A stretch of 35,567 nucleotides of DNA. Source: Nemertoderma westbladi. Lineage: Eukaryota > Animalia > Xenacoelomorpha. The position numbers were made by a program, and so were the translations under genes. Below are positions 33,577 through 35,567 of the stretch, piece by piece. A model generated the notes under the pieces. That model searched no databases. It was given only the letters and a program-made list of their open reading frames with translations, and was not told where the DNA came from. Location of the stretch: positions 1-35,567 of the forward strand of contig JAUCBJ010003049.1 in assembly GCA_032718475.1 (NCBI GenBank), given 5' to 3'. How positions within the stretch are numbered: the stretch's first letter is position 1; the number at the start of each line of letters is the position of its first letter.

Positions 33577-35567
33577 GTGATTTTCTTATTATTTTGGTTA
33601 ATGCAACATACATGTAACTGTAAGCGTAACGTGTTATTTTACTTTAGTTTGTTTTATTTATTTATGTTTATTAATTTGGCATAATGATATAATGTAATAC
33701 CAAAAAAAATACCAACATCTAGGAGGAGAAGAGTGTTTTGTACGCTTGATGACAATTGAATTCCCAATAGACTGTATGGTTTAAGAATTCCATGGAGTTT
33801 TATCACCGAACATCTAATTGTCAATCGAAAGATACATTATTGTAGTAACACGATATGCGATCCGAGGATTCAATCATGCAACATATTCTTCCACCAATCG
33901 GAATGGACTGTGGAGTCGTCTGGGATCTCTGGACCATGTGCGGTACCGATTAGGTCTGACCGGGTCTGATGTGGTAGCGATTAGGTTCGATGTGAACCCG
34001 ATTGGGTCCGATGTGGTACCGATTTGGTCTGATGTGGTACCCATTTGGTCCAATGTGGTACCCATTTGGTCCGATGTGGTACCCATATGGTCCGATATGG
34101 TACCCAATTGATCCGATGTGGTACCGATTTGGTCCAATGTGGTTCCGATTTGGTCCGATGTGGTACCGATTGGGTCCGATGTGGTACCGATTGGGTCCGA
34201 TGTGGTACCCATAAGGTCCGATGTGATACCGATTTGGTCCGATTTGGTACCGATTGGGTCCGATGTGGTACCCATTTGGTCCAATGTGGTACCCATTTGG
34301 TCCGATGTGGTACCCATATGGTCCGATATGGTACCCATTTGATCCGATGTGGTACCGATTTGGTCCAATGTGGTACCGATTTGATCCGATGTGGTACCGA
34401 TTGGGTCCGATGTGGTACCGATTGGGTCCGATGTGGTACCCATAAGGTCCGATGTGATACCGATTTGGTACCGATTGGGTCCGATGTGGTGCCGATTTGT
34501 TCCAATGTGGTACCGATTGGGTCCGATGTGGTACCCATTTGGTTCAATGTGGTACCGATTTGGTCCAATGTGGTTCCGATTTGGTCCGATGTGGTACCGA
34601 TTGGGTCCGATGTGGTACCGATTGGGTCCGATGTGGTACCCATAAGGTCCGATGTGGTACCGATTGTGGTGCCGATTTGTTCCAATGTGGTACCGATTGG
34701 GTCCGATGTGGTACCCATTTGGTTCCATGTGGTACCCATTTGGTCCGATGTTGTACCCATAAGGTCCGATGTGATACCGATTTGGTCTGATTTGGTACCG
34801 ATTGGGTCCGATGTGGTGCCGATTTGTTCCAATGTGGTACCGATTGGGTCCGATGTGGTACTGATTTTCTTATTATTTTGGTTAATGCAGCATACATGTA
34901 ACTGTAAGCGCAACCTGTTCTTTTATATATTTCGTTTATTTGTCAGTTTATTAATGTTTAATAATTTGGCATAATGATATACTGTAATACCCAAAAAATA
35001 TCAACATCTAGGAGAAGAGTGTTTTGTACGCTTGATGACATTTGAATTCCCAATAGACTGTATGGTTTATGAATGCCATGGCGTTTTATCACCGAACATC
35101 TAATTGTCAATCGAAAGAGACATTGTAGTAACACGATATGCGATCCGAGGATTCAATCATGCAACATATTCTTCCACCAATCGGAATGGACTGTGGAGTC
35201 GTCTGGGATCTCTGGACCATGTGCGGTACCGATTAGGTCTGACCGGGTCTGATGTGGTAGCGATTAGGTTCGATGTGAACCCGATTGGATCCGATGTGGT
35301 GCCGATTTGTTCCAATGTGGTACCGATTGGGTCCGATGTGGTACCCATTTGGTCCAATGTGGTACCCATTTGGTCCGATGTGGTACCCATATGGTCCGAT
35401 ATGGTACCCATTGATCCGATGTGGTACCGATTTGGTCCAATGTGGTTCCGATTTGGTCCGATGTGGTACCGATTGGGTCCGATGTGGTACCGATTGGGTC
35501 CGATGTGGTACCCATAAGGTCCGATGTGATACCGATTTGGTCCGATTTGGTACCGATTGGGTCCGAT
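33577..35567. repeat. Composite ~1285-bp tandem unit: ~390-bp spacer plus 21-bp array (CCGATGTGGTACCGATT(G/T)GGT); second unit runs off the window
   Basis: Spacer 33577-33966 is near-identical to 34861-35250 (offset 1284-1286). The arrays are at ~33967-34860 and ~35250-35567. Confidence 0.95.

Noticed and set aside
32951-35517. GPMWYRL / SDVVPIG / GTTSDPI repeat ORFs
   Set aside because: They are open in several frames on both strands and in both array orientations, so they are minisatellite artefacts.
1734-35567. CRISPR array interpretation of the tandem repeats
   Set aside because: The units are head-to-tail without unique spacers, there are no cas genes, and the context is eukaryotic.

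Overview
This is AT-rich eukaryotic DNA, most likely from an invertebrate animal. It holds one well-supported gene: a two-exon ataxin-2 homologue on the minus strand (25080-24454 joined to 20148-16063, about 1570 aa). The protein has LSm, LsmAD and PAM2-like motifs and an internal (QxQHPx)n repeat. The rest is repetitive: four tandem arrays (20-bp, 24-bp, ~52-bp and 21-bp units), several non-autonomous DNA transposons, LINE 3' remnants and tRNA/SINE-like fragments. The most unexpected signal is a minimal type I hammerhead-ribozyme fold at 10941-10985 with a degenerate stem III. It overlaps one arm of an inverted repeat and lies directly upstream of the 24-bp satellite, which resembles a Penelope-like element or retrozyme terminus. 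Almost all other ORFs in the track are repeat or antisense artefacts. All calls were made by eye, with no database search.
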